Positions 40,863 to 53,665 of a DNA stretch of 64,000 nt are shown piece by piece (position 1 is the first letter of the stretch; the number at the start of each line of letters is the position of its first letter). Position numbers and translations under genes: made by a program. Location of the stretch: contig OX597817.1 in NCBI GenBank assembly GCA_951406725.2, forward strand, positions 51,956,001 through 52,020,000, in the 5' to 3' direction. The stretch comes from Octopus vulgaris (taxonomy: Eukaryota). The notes under the pieces are model-generated. The model made no database searches and was not told the DNA's origin. It was given only the letters and a program-made list of their open reading frames with translations.

Positions 40863-41260
40863 ATATAGGATCTGATGTTGCGAAATAGATATGTCATAAA
40901 GAAATGTGAAATACTTGAGGCGACAATTGTTTGTTTAAGAGAGAGTGGGGGGAGGAATAATGTGAGTGGAGGAATAATGTGAGTGGTGAAAGAGAAGCGG
41001 GAGGATGAGGAGGGTGCGTAGAGAGGGAGGAGAAAGGAAATGAGAGAGAGAGAGAGAGAGAGCGGTAACGGGGAAGAGAAGCTAAAAGGTGAGAGGGGGT
41101 AAAAACAGTGGGAGGGATAGAAGGAGCAGAGGAATGGGAGAGAAAGGAAAACGCGATGAGAGAGGAGGAGGAGAATGTAAATGAAAGCAGGAGGGAAGTA
41201 GAAAGAAAAGGCGAAAGAAAGTGGGAGGGATAGAAGTAGGAGAAGGTTAAAAGACGGCTG

Positions 41261-41291
<31 letters not shown>

Positions 41292-41514
41292 GGAGAGGGA
41301 GAGAAGCAGGAGGAGGAGAAACAAAACAGACAACAGGATGGAAAGAGAAAAAGCAGGAAAAAGACATCTTTCCCTCTTCCTCCTCTTGTCTTTTTCTGCT
41401 CCCCCTCCTCCCTCCGTTCCTCATCTCCCCTTCAAGGTGGCTCTCCAGCATGGCCGCAGTAAAGGTACTGAAATAAGTAACAAAAAAAAAGTAATAATAA
41501 TAAATAAATATGAA

Positions 41515-41610
41515 TCTCGCGAGACGGATTCGAACCACCGACCTAAGGATTACAATTTGTATATAAATTCTTACTACAGTCCTCCGCTCTACCAACTGAG
41601 CTATCGCGAG
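41515..41610 (-). tRNA. tRNA-Tyr(GTA), 23-nt intron
   Basis: Intact cloverleaf. Confidence 0.95.
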
Positions 41611-42098
41611 AAACGAGAGAACAGGCTCTCTGTTAGTTTGATCACAAGAAATGTGAAATTAACGCTACGACAGTTGTTCAGTATTGTGTGCGACAAGGAA
41701 ACGGTGAAGAAGAGAGCACACTAAAGAGAAATTAGGGGTCTTGGGGCACATAGGGCCGGTTGTCTGGTTTCCTAATATTCCTCGAGAGAAGAAGGAATAC
41801 GCATTTTCCAGTTAAGTGGACTGGAGCAACGTAAAATAAAGCGTTTTCCTCAAAAACACAACGCACCGCCCAGTCCGGGAATCGAAATCACATTCTTATG
41901 ATCAGGAGCGCAACACCCCTTACCACAACACCACGTGCCTTCACGTAGCTGTTATGTCGAAATCGATTATATTGATCCTGTTTGTCGACTTACTTTAACA
42001 CTCAAGAATGATTAAAGTTGAAGCCGACGGGTACAATAACTAAATACCATCCCACAATGAGGACGTCAATGTTAAAATGCACAGCTGCTGCCGACGGA

Positions 42099-42172
42099 GG
42101 CCGGTTAGCTCAGTTGGTTAGAGCGTCGTGCTAATAACGCGAATGTCGTGGGTTCGAGCCCCATACTGGCCA
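42099..42172 (+). tRNA. tRNA-Ile(AAT)
   Basis: Consensus copy. Confidence 0.95.
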
Positions 42173-42325
42173 TATAACTTTTTATGTTTGCAATCTTTTA
42201 TGCTTGTGCAGGAGTACTTGTATGGTTAAGAACGTCGCTTTGCAACCCACTGCTTTCACGTTCAATCCCAAAGTTCGTACCATGAATAAGCGATTGTCGA
42301 TCAATATGGTAGACGGAAGTTGTGT

Positions 42326-42880
42326 TAAGCCGGCGAGCTGGCAGAATCGTGAGCACGCTGGGCGAAATGCTTAGAAGTATTTCGTCTGCCGCTACGTTCT
42401 GAGTTCAAATTCCGCCGAGGTCAACTTTGCCTTTCATCCTTTCGGGTTCGATAAATTAAGTACCAGTTACGCACTGGCGTCGATATAATCGACTTAATCC
42501 GTGTGTCTGTCCTTGTTTGTCCCCTCTGTGTTTAGCCCCTTGTGGGTAGTAAAGAAATAGGTATTTCGTCTGCCGTTACGATTTGAGTTCAAATTCCGCC
42601 GAGGTCGACTTTGCCTTTCATCCTTTATGGGTCGATAAATTAAGTACCAGTTACACACTGGAGTCGATATAATCGACTTAATCCGTTTGTCTGTCCTTGT
42701 CTGACCCCTCTGTATTTAGCCCCTTGTAGGTAGTAAAGAAATAGGTATTTCGTTTGTCTTTACGTTCTGAGTTCAAATTCCGCCGAGATCGACTTTGCCT
42801 TTCATCCTTTCGGGGTCGATAAATTAAGTTTCAATTTGGTATTGGGGTCCATCTAATCGACTGGCTCCATCCCGCAAAAT
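42326..42880 (+). mobile_element. SINE family 2 with 3 internal units
   Basis: Units start ~42377, 42561, 42745. Confidence 0.85.
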
Positions 42881-43020
42881 TGCGACTCGTAGAATTCAAA
42901 CTCACGGAGCAAATACTACTACCCAACGTAAATAACTAAATACTACCCAACGCTCCAGCTGTTCAGCCATTCATCACAATAATGACGTCAATGTTAAAAT
43001 GCGCAACTGCTGCCGTCAAA

Positions 43021-43094
43021 GGCCGGTTAGCTCAGTTGGTTAGAGCGTCGTGCTAATAACGCGAATGTCGTGGGTTCGAGCCCCATACTGGCCA
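43021..43094 (+). tRNA. tRNA-Ile(AAT)
   Basis: Consensus copy. Confidence 0.95.
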
Positions 43095-43507
43095 AATTCA
43101 TTTTTTTTTAGATCTATGTTTTTGTGTATAGGCATCGTTACGTAGTCAAGAACTTCGCTTTGCAACCACCTGATTTCACATTGAATCCCACTTCGTGAAT
43201 CATATGTATCATCTTGTGTAGCCCCGGGGCGACCAATGCCTTCCCAGTTAGTCTGGTAGATGAAAACTGTATTGAAGCCCATGCCGTCCCACCACCGCTT
43301 GGCAACGAGATCGGTTTGTTTACCTCCCCGTGATTTGGCGTTTCGGCATAAAGACCGATGGAATTGAACTACACTTACAAAAATATATTAAGCGAGTTGG
43401 TTCAACAGATCCCCTCAAGACTGATCCGGTGTGGCCGCAGTGCAACGATCGAAACGTGTTAAGGATAAAAGGAAGAAATTTCAAATGAGAAAGAAAAAAA
43501 TGACAAC

Positions 43508-43601
43508 TCTCGCGAGACGGATTCGAACCACCGACCTAAGGATTACAGGTATATACAATTTCAACTACAGTCCTCCGCTCTACCAACTGAGCTATCGCGA
43601 G
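43508..43601 (-). tRNA. tRNA-Tyr(GTA), 21-nt intron
   Basis: Duplicate of 38494-38587. Confidence 0.95.
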
Positions 43602-46296
43602 ATATGATTACGTCCGCTATAAAATTGTTTACTCATAAGATATTTGAAATTTAAAGCCTCGATAGCTGTCCGGTATCGGGTTTGACAGGGAAACAACGAG
43701 GAGGAGCAAAGATGAATGAGAAGAAATTAAGAGTCTTAGAGCACATGGGACCGGTTCCTTAGTTTCCATGGCGTCTCAGTGACTAAGATCACAATATCGT
43801 GAAAAAGGGATTATTCATTTACAGCTAAATTAACCAGGGCGCAATTAGAAATGATCTGTTTTACTCAAGAACTAAACGCGTCACTCGGTCCGGAAAGCGA
43901 AACCACAACGCCACCCATCTCGACATACATGCGCAAAATCCTGGAAGGCGCAAAATCCTGGAAGGCGCAAAATCCTGGTTTAGGCACGCCATGTAACCAT
44001 TCGTAAGTTGTTTATTTTTTCTAACTTTCACAAAATTTTTGCGAATGTGTTCTATTCACGGGAATTCGTTCAGTTACGCAAAACAAACTGTTTTTTTTAA
44101 ACTTAAATTTCCCCTCTCTCCCACCCACTAAAAACACCCTAAAATTTCCATTCTTTTTCGAATTTTTTTGTTTTTAAATCCTAGTTTTGCAATACGGACA
44201 TTCCGAATCTGCATATTTGTTTCTGGTTTTATTTTCAAAATAAAAATTTGAAATCCAAAATCAAAAACTTAACGAAAAGTTTTTTTTTAAACAAACGTGC
44301 ATGCGCATGGCCTATTATCGCTTCTGGCACACTGCATATAACTGGTGAAAACGTCTTTAATTTTTGGTATTTTCCCAAAACTTTTGCGATGTGTGTTCTA
44401 CATACAGGACCTCGTACTATTATGCAACAAAAAGTAGTTTTTCGATTAAAATCCCCCACCAACGATTGCTCAAATTACACTTAACCCGTATTGATCAGGC
44501 AGGTATTGGAGACCCTGGGTACATTGATGGGATTATTCCACATAGATTTCATGATAGGTATTCTTTTATTCTTCTATTCTTCTATTTGTCTCAGTCATTT
44601 GACTGCGGCCATACTGGAACACTGCCTTTAGTCGAAGAAATCGACCCCAGGACTTTAGGGCCGTCGCTAAGCCCCTGCAACCCCCGCAGTTGAGGGGCCC
44701 CATGTTAAGATCAAAGTACGTAGATGACTCATCTGCTTACTTTGGTTAAGATTTTGAATAGGAATTAAACTATGTTAAACTGAAAATTTCAAGAAATAAA
44801 ATGGTAATACATTGTACCTGCAAAAGTTCTTGTAAAAATATTACATTGAACCACGAACGTGTACCAGACTTTGTGGATTGTCTATGATATCTCTTGAACA
44901 CAAACTTGGCTCTCAGCTTGATTATTCTGAACTGATCGATGACTCTGCGAAGTGGAAAGTGCACCGTGTTTGTCTTTGAAAGTTGCCTGGATTATGAAAG
45001 TGCTCTTTTATTCATATCTGGAAGTTTTACTTATTGAAATTTGTAATAGACCCAAATAAATTTAACTTATTGTATTTTTAGAGATGTTCTTTAGAATAAC
45101 GCGAAATATTGAACTATTGAATAAAGTAAAATATAGCTATGAATAAAAGGTGTGTAGATTATGAATTTTGATTGAAGGGATGGGGCCTCAAAACAAAAAG
45201 GTTGCAAGGGGCCTCTAAAACTCACGCAACAGAGCAGCCATCGTAAGGCTGGTACTTATTCTATCGGTCTCTTTTACAGAACCGCTAAGTTACGGGGACC
45301 TGAACACAACAACATCGGTTGTAAAGCGATAGTTGGTGGGGTGGGGGCAAACACAGACACATAAACACATATATATATACGACGGGCTTCTTTCAGTTTC
45401 CGTCTACCAAATCCACTGACTAGTCTTTGGTCGGCCCGAGGCTATAATAGAAGACACTTGGCCAAGGTGCCACGCAGTGGGACTGAACCCGTAACCATGT
45501 GGTTGGGAAGCAAGCTTCTTACCACACAACCACGCCGACACATAGAAGATAATTCATTTTAATAGCATACTTTTCTATTAATAAATACTTTTTCTTACAC
45601 ACGCGCGCACGCGCTTGGTGCGGAGGCTAGGAAAGAATTTAGATTACAAAAAGTATTTTTTTGCTTAAATCCCAGCAATGGATCTCCCTTGTGCGCATCA
45701 TCATTCCATTAAATGTTTCTGGGGAGAAATATATCGAGAAGCATCAATACATGACAGAGAGATGTGCTTAAAACAACAGCTAAATCTTCCTTAAATCACA
45801 CACCTTTTCGTCTGGAAATTATTTTGAAAATAAACACAGAAACAAATTGCAGAATCGGAATGTCCATGTTTTAAAATTACGATTTTAAAATAAATTTTTC
45901 GAAAGAGTGGATATTTTATGCGGGTGGGGATAAAATTACAAATTTACAACAAAAATGTTTTTTCTTCTTTTTGTTTTTTACAAAGTAACGAGGGATCATA
46001 TGGAATGGCTCAAGACGAATTCTGCTCTTTGGGAAAATCGATTATATTGATTTCGTTAGTTGAATTACTTTATCAATTCCACAATGATTAAAGTTGCGGC
46101 CACCTTAGTAAAATTCGAACTCGGAGCGTAAAGAGAAATAATGCTACCCAACGCTTTACCTTTTCAGCCACCGTAGAGTCGTTCCATGTTCGATAAGCCT
46201 AGTAATTACTCTATCGGTCTCTTTTACAGAACCGCTAAGTTACAGGGACCTAAACCCAACACCGGTTGTCAAGCAGATACATAAACACACACACAC

Positions 46297-46330
<34 letters not shown>

Positions 46331-46343
46331 GTATCTGTATATA

Positions 46344-46383
<40 letters not shown>

Positions 46384-46494
46384 GGGCTTCTTTCAGTTTC
46401 ATCTACCAAATCCACTGACAAGGCTTTGATCGGCCCGAGGCTATAATAGAAGACACGCTCGATAAGTCAACCAAACGCTCAATAAGTCAACGAA

Positions 46495-46568
46495 GGCCGG
46501 TTAGCTCAGTTGGTTAGAGCGTCGTGCTAATAACGCGAATGTCGTGGGTTCGAGCCCCATACTGGCCA
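46495..46568 (+). tRNA. tRNA-Ile(AAT)
   Basis: Consensus copy; usual upstream flank replaced by a SINE fragment. Confidence 0.93.
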
Positions 46569-46971
46569 TATTCTTTCATATTTGTATTTTTTTACACAGA
46601 CATAGTTCTTTTCGCAGCCACCTGCTTTCAGATTCAATCAATCGGTAAGCTTTTTTGTTGCCTCGGGTGAACTAATGTCTTCCCAGTGGATATGGTGTGC
46701 GGAAACTATGTGGAAGCCCGTCGCGTATGTGTGTATATGTCTTTGTGTATCCTGTACCGCTAACGCTTTACAACCACGGGTGGTTTGTTTGCATCACCGC
46801 TGTCTGGCGTTTCGGCAAAACGACCGATAGAGTAGTACCACACTTTGAAAGTGTACTGAGTGGATAGCTCGACTGAACACCCCCAGGACAGTGCTCCAGC
46901 ATGGACACAGTCCAATGACCTAAACAAGTAAGAGACAAAAGAAAGAAATTTAAATATTTAAAAAAAAAAAA

Positions 46972-47066
46972 TCTCGTGAGACGGATTCGAACCACCGACC
47001 TAAGGATTACAGCCACATGTAACTTCACACTACAGTCCTCCGCTCTACCAACTGAGCTACCGCGAG
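46972..47066 (-). tRNA. tRNA-Tyr(GTA), 22-nt intron, acceptor-stem variant
   Basis: A7G and G68A (C.A mismatch); may be impaired. Confidence 0.75.
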
Positions 47067-47099
47067 ACAACGGAATTAGTAATGTAAAATAATTGTGAC

Positions 47100-47410
47100 G
47101 GTACTACTTGAGAACAGTGGTCCCAGTGCGCGCACTCGCGTATCTGCGCTAGCTAGTCATAACTAGTCGAGCTTTACTTTGTGTTTTTGTGTTTTATTTA
47201 TTTTGTTTAAAAAATTATTTACTTTGTGTTTTTGTGTTTTATTTACTTTGTTTAACAAATTTTTTTTACTTTGTGTAAAAAGATTTATTTATTTTGTGTT
47301 TTATTTACTTTGTTAGGTAGCCGTTGTAGGATCGACTAGTCACGACTATCTAGCGCAAATGCGCGACAACGCGAGTGCGCGCACCGGGACCACTCTTTTC
47401 AAGTAGTACC
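47100..47410. mobile_element. MITE with long TIRs and 9-bp TSD (Mutator- or Merlin-like)
   Basis: GGTACTACTTGA.. / ..TCAAGTAGTACC, ~70-bp TIRs; TSD AATTGT(G/T)AC; partial copies at 59292-59404 and 61677-61691. Confidence 0.8.
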
Positions 47411-47762
47411 AATTGTTACATAAGAAATGTAAAGTTAAAGCTTCGACAGTTGTGAAGTGTTGGATGCGACAAGTAAACAGCAAAGAAGAGGAAAGCAAAA
47501 GAAAGAGAAATTAAGGGTCTTCAGGCACATGGGGCCGCCGACCCGGTTTCCATGATGTATAAGTAGCCGAGACCCCCGACATTCCAGGTGAACACAGGAT
47601 TACTCATCCACAGCTAAGAAGACTGGAGCAACGTAAAATGAAATATTTTACTCCCCGTCCGGGAATCGAAATCACATTCTTATGATCAGGAGTGCAACAC
47701 TCCTAACCACAACGCCACGAGCCTTCACGTAACTGTTTTGTCCAAATCGATTATATTGATCA

Positions 47763-48134
47763 CTAGCTCTATGACCCAGCAACGCCGGGTCATACTGCTA
47801 GTGCATGCATATACAGCTGCGTGCGTGCGCACATACACGCGAGTACTCTCCAAATCTCCGACCAACCACATACAGCTAGCAGGCATTCAATTGGCGTATC
47901 AAGTTTCGGGCATTTTGATTGGGTTTTGGATAGAAAATTCACAAAAAAGTCACTTCTATTGATTTTTTTAATGGCTTTGCGGGGTAACTGGGGAAATGTA
48001 CAGATGTGCACGACCACCCTTGGACGGGTTTTGAATGACCATAGAAAGTGCGAGCCCTCTAACTGAAAAATTGTGGATTTGTATAAAGGACAGACACACA
48101 CACACAGACTTTTTGCCGTTTATATATAGAGAGA
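47763..48134 (-). mobile_element. Non-autonomous Helitron
   Basis: Minus strand A|TC...hairpin CTAG|T, no TSD; the site is empty in paralogous cassettes. Confidence 0.75.
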
Positions 48135-48305
48135 TGTTAGTTGACTTACTTTAACACTCCAGAATGATTAAAGTTGAAACCGACTCTGGTAGAATTCGAA
48201 CTCCCAGCGTGAAGTGCAATAACAAAATACTACCCATCGCTCTATCGTTTCAGCCATTCAACACAATAATGACGACTATATTAAAATGATTAATCACTTG
48301 TAAGA

Positions 48306-48379
48306 GGCCGGTTAGCTCAGTTGGTTAGAGCGTCGTGCTAATAACGCGAATGTCGTGGGTTCGAGCCCCATACTGGCCA
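48306..48379 (+). tRNA. tRNA-Ile(AAT)
   Basis: Consensus copy. Confidence 0.95.
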
Positions 48380-48856
48380 TATTCTCATATTTTTTCGTGC
48401 TTGTATATATTTTGTTTGTTTGTTTTTTTTTGTGTGTGTGTGTGTTAGCATTTTTGCATGGGGTAAGATCTTTGCAACAACGTCATTTCAGTTTCAATCC
48501 CACTGCTTGTATTATAGGTGTCTTCCTCTGTGGTCCCGGGAAGGCCGATTCTTTGTCAGTGAATCCAGTAGACAGAAACTGTGTGGAATCCTGTTGAATG
48601 TGTGTGTGTGTGTGTATCTTTGTGTATGCCATCCCCAACAACAGTTGACAACCACATTTGGTTTGTTTACGTCCCCGTAACTTGGAGTTCGACATAAATA
48701 ACCGGTAGAATAGTACCAGACTTTAAAAATGTACTGAGTGCATTTGCTCCACTGAACACCTCCTCAGGTAGATGTTCCAGCATGGTCACAATCGAACAAC
48801 AGAAACAAGTAAAAGATACAACAAAGACATTTAAGTATTTCCAAAAACAAAAGAAA

Positions 48857-48951
48857 TCGCGCGAGACGGATTCGAACCACCGACCTAAGGATTACAGGTA
48901 AATACAATTTCATACTACAGTCCTCCGCTCTACCAACTGAGCTATCGCGAG
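48857..48951 (-). tRNA. tRNA-Tyr(GTA), 22-nt intron, acceptor-stem variant
   Basis: A71C gives a T2.C71 mismatch. Confidence 0.8.
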
Positions 48952-49017
48952 ACACGACCATTGCTTCTTAACTAGTTTAGTCAGTCATAAGAAATGCGAA
49001 GTTAAATTTGTGGTAGC

Positions 49018-49020
<3 letters not shown>

Positions 49021-49106
<86 letters not shown>

Positions 49107-49153
49107 CTATCTCTCACTCTATCCCTATCTATCTATCTCTATCTCTCCCTCTC

Positions 49154-49199
<46 letters not shown>

Positions 49200-49252
49200 T
49201 TTCTCTCTGTATGCAGGTGTGAATTTATCAATCTTTCTATGTATACAGGTAA

Positions 49253-49286
<34 letters not shown>

Positions 49287-49375
49287 TATCTATCTATCTC
49301 TATCTCCCTCTATCTCTCTCTTTCTCTCTGTATGCAGGTGTGAATTTATCAATCCTTCTATGTATACAGGTAACA

Positions 49376-49445
<70 letters not shown>
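49021..49445. repeat. (CT)n/(CTAT)n microsatellite region
   Basis: Directly visible. Confidence 0.9.
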
Positions 49446-49447
<2 letters not shown>

Positions 49448-49615
49448 ACATACGATTATCTATCTGTCTATCGTTTCCTGAATGTACAGGTGTCTATCTG
49501 GCACTCTGTGTACGCAGGTATCTCCCTATCTATCAAAAAAAGGTATCTCTTCATCTGTCTTTGTACAGGTGTCTATATGGCAGTCAATGCACGCAGGTAT
49601 CTCTCTATCTACCTA

Positions 49616-49997
49616 CTAGCAGTATCGCCCGGCGTTGCTCAGGTTTGTAAGGGAAATAACTATAAAGCATTTTTAGAGAGTTATAGCCAAAAAATAGCAA
49701 AAAAATGAAAAAAAATGATGGTAAATTTTTTTTGAGAGTTAAAAAGGTGGAGTTGCGTCCCCTAGACGGTCTGTGGTTTGGGTTTCTGATTCTCGACCCC
49801 ATGTCGAATTTATCGATTTTTTTTTCAGAACTGGGGGAACTTTTCAAAATTTTCGCTGCGTTAGTTTTGAATTATGACATTGGGCTATGTGTGTGTCAAG
49901 TTTCATCAGAATCGGTTGAAAGCCGTGGTCAGAATGAGGGTACGAGAAAACAGACACACAGAAAACGCACAGACAAACTGCCGTTTATATATAGAGA
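49616..49997 (-). mobile_element. Non-autonomous Helitron
   Basis: Minus strand A|TCTCTATATATAAACGGC ... GAGCAACGCCGGGCGATACTGCTAG|T. Confidence 0.75.
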
Positions 49998-50179
49998 TAT
50001 ACAGGTACCCGTCTGTTGATCTGTCTTTCTATATAGTCGACTATCGAGCTGTCTAATTCTTCTGTCTGCCTGACTATTTGCCAACTTTTTTGTCTGTGTA
50101 CCTGTCTATCTGTCTGGTTCAGACACAAGAAAGAAATATTTTAATTAAAAGAAAAAAAAAGAAAAACTAACATAACGAA

Positions 50180-50253
50180 GACCGGTTAGCTCAGTTGGTT
50201 AGAGCGTCGTGCTAATAACGCGAATGTCGTGGGTTCGAGCCCCATACTGGCCA
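50180..50253 (+). tRNA. tRNA-Ile(AAT), G2A variant
   Basis: A2.C71 mismatch; usual upstream flank absent. Confidence 0.8.
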
Positions 50254-50480
50254 CATATCTTTTTTATATCTTTATTCTTTGCAACCATCTGCTTTTACAT
50301 TCGATCCCTCAGTTCGTACCGTGAATAAGCGTCTTCTATATCTCCTTGCGAATCCATACTTTCGCAGCGAATCTGGTAGACGGAAACTGTATGGAAACCC
50401 GTTATGTGTATAAGTGTCGTTGTGTATGCCGTTCCACCCACACATGGTCTGTATTTTTACGTCCCTGTAACTTAGATTTT

Positions 50481-50894
50481 GGATCTTTTCGGTTTGAACG
50501 GCAGTTTTTTCTAGCGGTGTCATATGAAATTGTCACCCATAATTATGACCCTAGTATCGATCTATTGCATTTCAATCTGTTTTAGAGTTAGGGTTAGGGT
50601 TAGAGTTAGGGTATCTTTTTTTCTTCACAAATGTAAATAAACCCAATCTGTCTCTTAAACGAGGGACATATTCATACGGCACAGAATGATTTTACCTCAA
50701 TGGACGTAAATGATTGGTTGAAATTGCAGAAATTGAAGACAAAAACAACAAATATCTTACAAACTATAGAATTTTCTCAAGAAAGCCAAGAGAAAAAGAT
50801 GTTTTATAAACACATTCTACCAGTATACGAAGTTTAAAATTTTTTAGTTACCTAGAAATTATGTTAAAAACTGCCGTTCAAACCCAAAAGATCC
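50481..50894. mobile_element. MITE with ~30-bp TIRs, 8-bp TSD and internal TTAGGG repeats
   Basis: GGATCTTTT(C/G)GGTTTGAACGGCAGTTTTT TIRs; TSD TAGATTTT. Confidence 0.85.
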
Positions 50895-51067
50895 TAGATT
50901 TTCGACAGAATTTACGATTAAATAGTACCACACCAAAATACATTGAGTTTGCTCGACTTAGGCACCTCACGAAAGTGCTCCAGCATGACTGCAGTCCAAC
51001 AAGCGAAACAAGTAAAAGATAACAGGAAGAAATATTTTAAGTTAAGAAAAAAAAATACCTACACGGA

Positions 51068-51161
51068 TCTCGCGAGATGGATTCGAACCACCGACCTAAG
51101 GATGTCAGACGCTTAACTAACACACTACAGTCCTCCGCTCTACCAACTGAGCTATCGCGAG
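51068..51161 (-). tRNA. tRNA-Tyr(GTA), 21-nt intron
   Basis: Intact; T-stem variant CCATC. Confidence 0.93.
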
Positions 51162-51248
51162 ACGCTAACTGCTTCTTCTGGAATAGCTTAGTCCTAAGAA
51201 ATGTAAAAGTAAACCTACGCCAGCTGTTTGATATTATATGAGAGAAGG

Positions 51249-52014
51249 AAGGCGCCGACCTGGCAGAAACGTTAGCATGCCGGGCGAAATGCGTAACCGT
51301 ATTTCGTCTGCCGTTACATTCTGAGTTCAAATTCCGCCGAGATCGACTTTGCCTTTCATCCTTTCGGGTTCGATTAAATAAGTACCAGTTACGAACTAGG
51401 GTCGATATAATCGACTTAATCCGTGTGTCTGTCCTTGTTTGTCCCCTCTATGTTTAGCCCCTTGTGGGTAGTAAAGAAATAGGTATTTCGTCTGTCTTTA
51501 TGTTCTGAGTTCAAATTCCGTCGAGGTCGACTTTGCCTTTCATCCTTTCGGAGTCGATTCAATAAGTACCAGTCACGCACTGGGGTCGATGTAATCAGCT
51601 TAATCCGTTTGTCTGTCCTTGTTTGTTCCCTCTGTGTGTAGCCCCTTGTGGGTAGTAAAGAAATAGGTATTTCGTCTGCCGTTACGTTCTGAGTTCAAAT
51701 TCCCCGAGGTCGACTTTGCCTTTCATCCTTTCAGGGTCGATTGAATAAGTACCAGTTACGCACTGGGGTCGATATAATCGACTTAATCCGTTTGTCTGTC
51801 CTTATTTGTCTCCTCTGCGTGTAGCCCCTTGTGGGCAGTACAGAAATAAGTATTTCGTCTGTCTTTATGTTCTGAGTTCAAATTCCACCGAGGTCGACTT
51901 TACCTTTCATCCTTTCGGGGTCGATAAATCAAATACCAGTTGCGTACTGCGGTCGACCTAATCGACTGGCACACACATACCCAAAATTTCGGGCCTTGTG
52001 CCTAGAGTAGAAAA
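51249..52014 (+). mobile_element. SINE family 2 with 4 tandem ~184-bp internal units
   Basis: Units start 51299, 51483, 51667, 51850. Confidence 0.85.
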
Positions 52015-52504
52015 GGCTTACGTGAGAGAGAGAAGCAGAGAAGACGAGGATGAGGAGAAAGTTTAGGAGGCGGCAAGCGGAATAAGGAAAGGTTTAGAGG
52101 GGAGGGGGAATGTGTTGGTGTGTAACACACGTAAGGAAACGGAGACGGAATACAGCAGTGTTTAAGAAAGACCTGGAAATCTATTTATATTTATTTCTCT
52201 ATCTGTCAGTCTCACGTTTAATGTCCTCCCTCCCTCCCCATCTCCCCCTTGCTCCATTTATCTATCTATCTATCTGAATAAACACCTGCATACACATAGC
52301 TACCTAGCTATTTGCTTGCAGGTGTTTATTTATCAGCCTGTTTATGCTTACAGGTAACTCTGTCTCTCTTCAAAGTTGAAGCCGACTTTCATAGAATTTG
52401 AACTCATAGCGTAAACACCACAAAATACTACATAAACGAGCTACCTTTTCAGCTATTCCCCAGAATAAGGACATTAATGTTAAAACGGTTAGTCGGTTGT
52501 CGAA

Positions 52505-52578
52505 GGCCGGTTAGCTCAGTTGGTTAGAGCGTCGTGCTAATAACGCGAATGTCGTGGGTTCGAGCCCCATACTGGCCA
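52505..52578 (+). tRNA. tRNA-Ile(AAT)
   Basis: Consensus copy. Confidence 0.95.
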
Positions 52579-53004
52579 TGTACATTTTATCTTTGCATTT
52601 TTTTGCGCAGACATGCTTGTATGGTTATGGATTTCCCTTTGCAACCACCTGCTTTCACGTTCAATCCCAAAGTTCGTACCATGAATAAGCGTCGTCTTCT
52701 ATAGTCCCGATCGTGCCAATTCTTTGTCAGTGAATCTGGTAGACGAAAACTGTGTGGAAGCCCGTTGTGTATATATAGATGTATATCTATCGATGTGTAT
52801 GCCATCCCACACAACGGGAGTTAGTCTGTCACCGTACCCTGGCATTTCGGAAAAAAGATGGAGAAAATAATACCTCACAAAAATATATATAATTCCACTT
52901 GACCACCTGAAGAAAATGTTCCAACGATCGAAACAAGTAAAAGTTAAAATTAAGAATTATTTTAATTAAAAAAAAGAACAAACAAACAAAAATTAAGACA
53001 CGAA

Positions 53005-53098
53005 TCTTGTGAGAAAGATTTGAACCATCGACCTAAGGATGTCAAACGTTTAAATACAAACTACTATCCTCCGCTCCACCAACTAAGGTATCACCCAG
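53005..53098 (-). pseudogene. tRNA-Tyr pseudogene
   Basis: Recognisable Tyr body and intron, with many substitutions in B box, anticodon loop and acceptor stem. Confidence 0.85.
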
Positions 53099-53558
53099 AC
53101 ACGGAAACATCGCCTCTAAAATAATTTAGTCATAAGAAATGTGAAGTTTGTTGATCTGTCTTTGTATAGGCGTCCATATGAGTGTCTATCTACTTATTCG
53201 TCTCTATTTATAAATGAAGGTGTCTATCTGTAAGCTTCTTTCTCCCTGCCTGTGTGGAGACGGGAAAGAATTTAAATTACAAGAAGTTTTTCTTTTTTCT
53301 GAATGATCCAAAAAAAAACTTTTACGGAGTTAAATGGGACGCTTAAACAAGAAGTTCTGCCCTTTCGAGAAATCAATTGCATTGATTCCTTTAGTTGACT
53401 TACTTTAAAAACTCCACAATGGGTAAAGCAGAAGCCGACTTTCGTAGAGTTTGAACTTAGAGAAGAAAGAGAAATAACAAAATACTACCCGACCATATAA
53501 AGTTTCAACCATTCCTACAATAAGGACGTCAATGTTAAAACGATGCCAAGTTATCGAA

Positions 53559-53632
53559 GGCCGGTTAGCTCAGTTGGTTAGAGCGTCGTGCTAATAACGC
53601 GAATGTCGTGGGTTCGAGCCCCACACTGGTCA
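53559..53632 (+). tRNA. tRNA-Ile(AAT) variant
   Basis: 3' end CCCCACACTGGTCA; pairing preserved (G-C, G.U). Confidence 0.9.
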
Positions 53633-53665
53633 CATTATCTTTTGTAGTTTCATTCTTTTCGCAGG

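Larger units (their letters stand above)
35668..45531. repeat. Tandem segmental duplication, 2 x ~4.8-5.0 kb, five tRNA genes per copy
   Basis: ~35668-40491 is collinear with ~40492-45531; junctions lie in family-1 SINE heads. Confidence 0.9.

Noticed and set aside
50582-50611. Telomere or chromosome fusion site
   Set aside because: Only five imperfect units, internal to a TIR element
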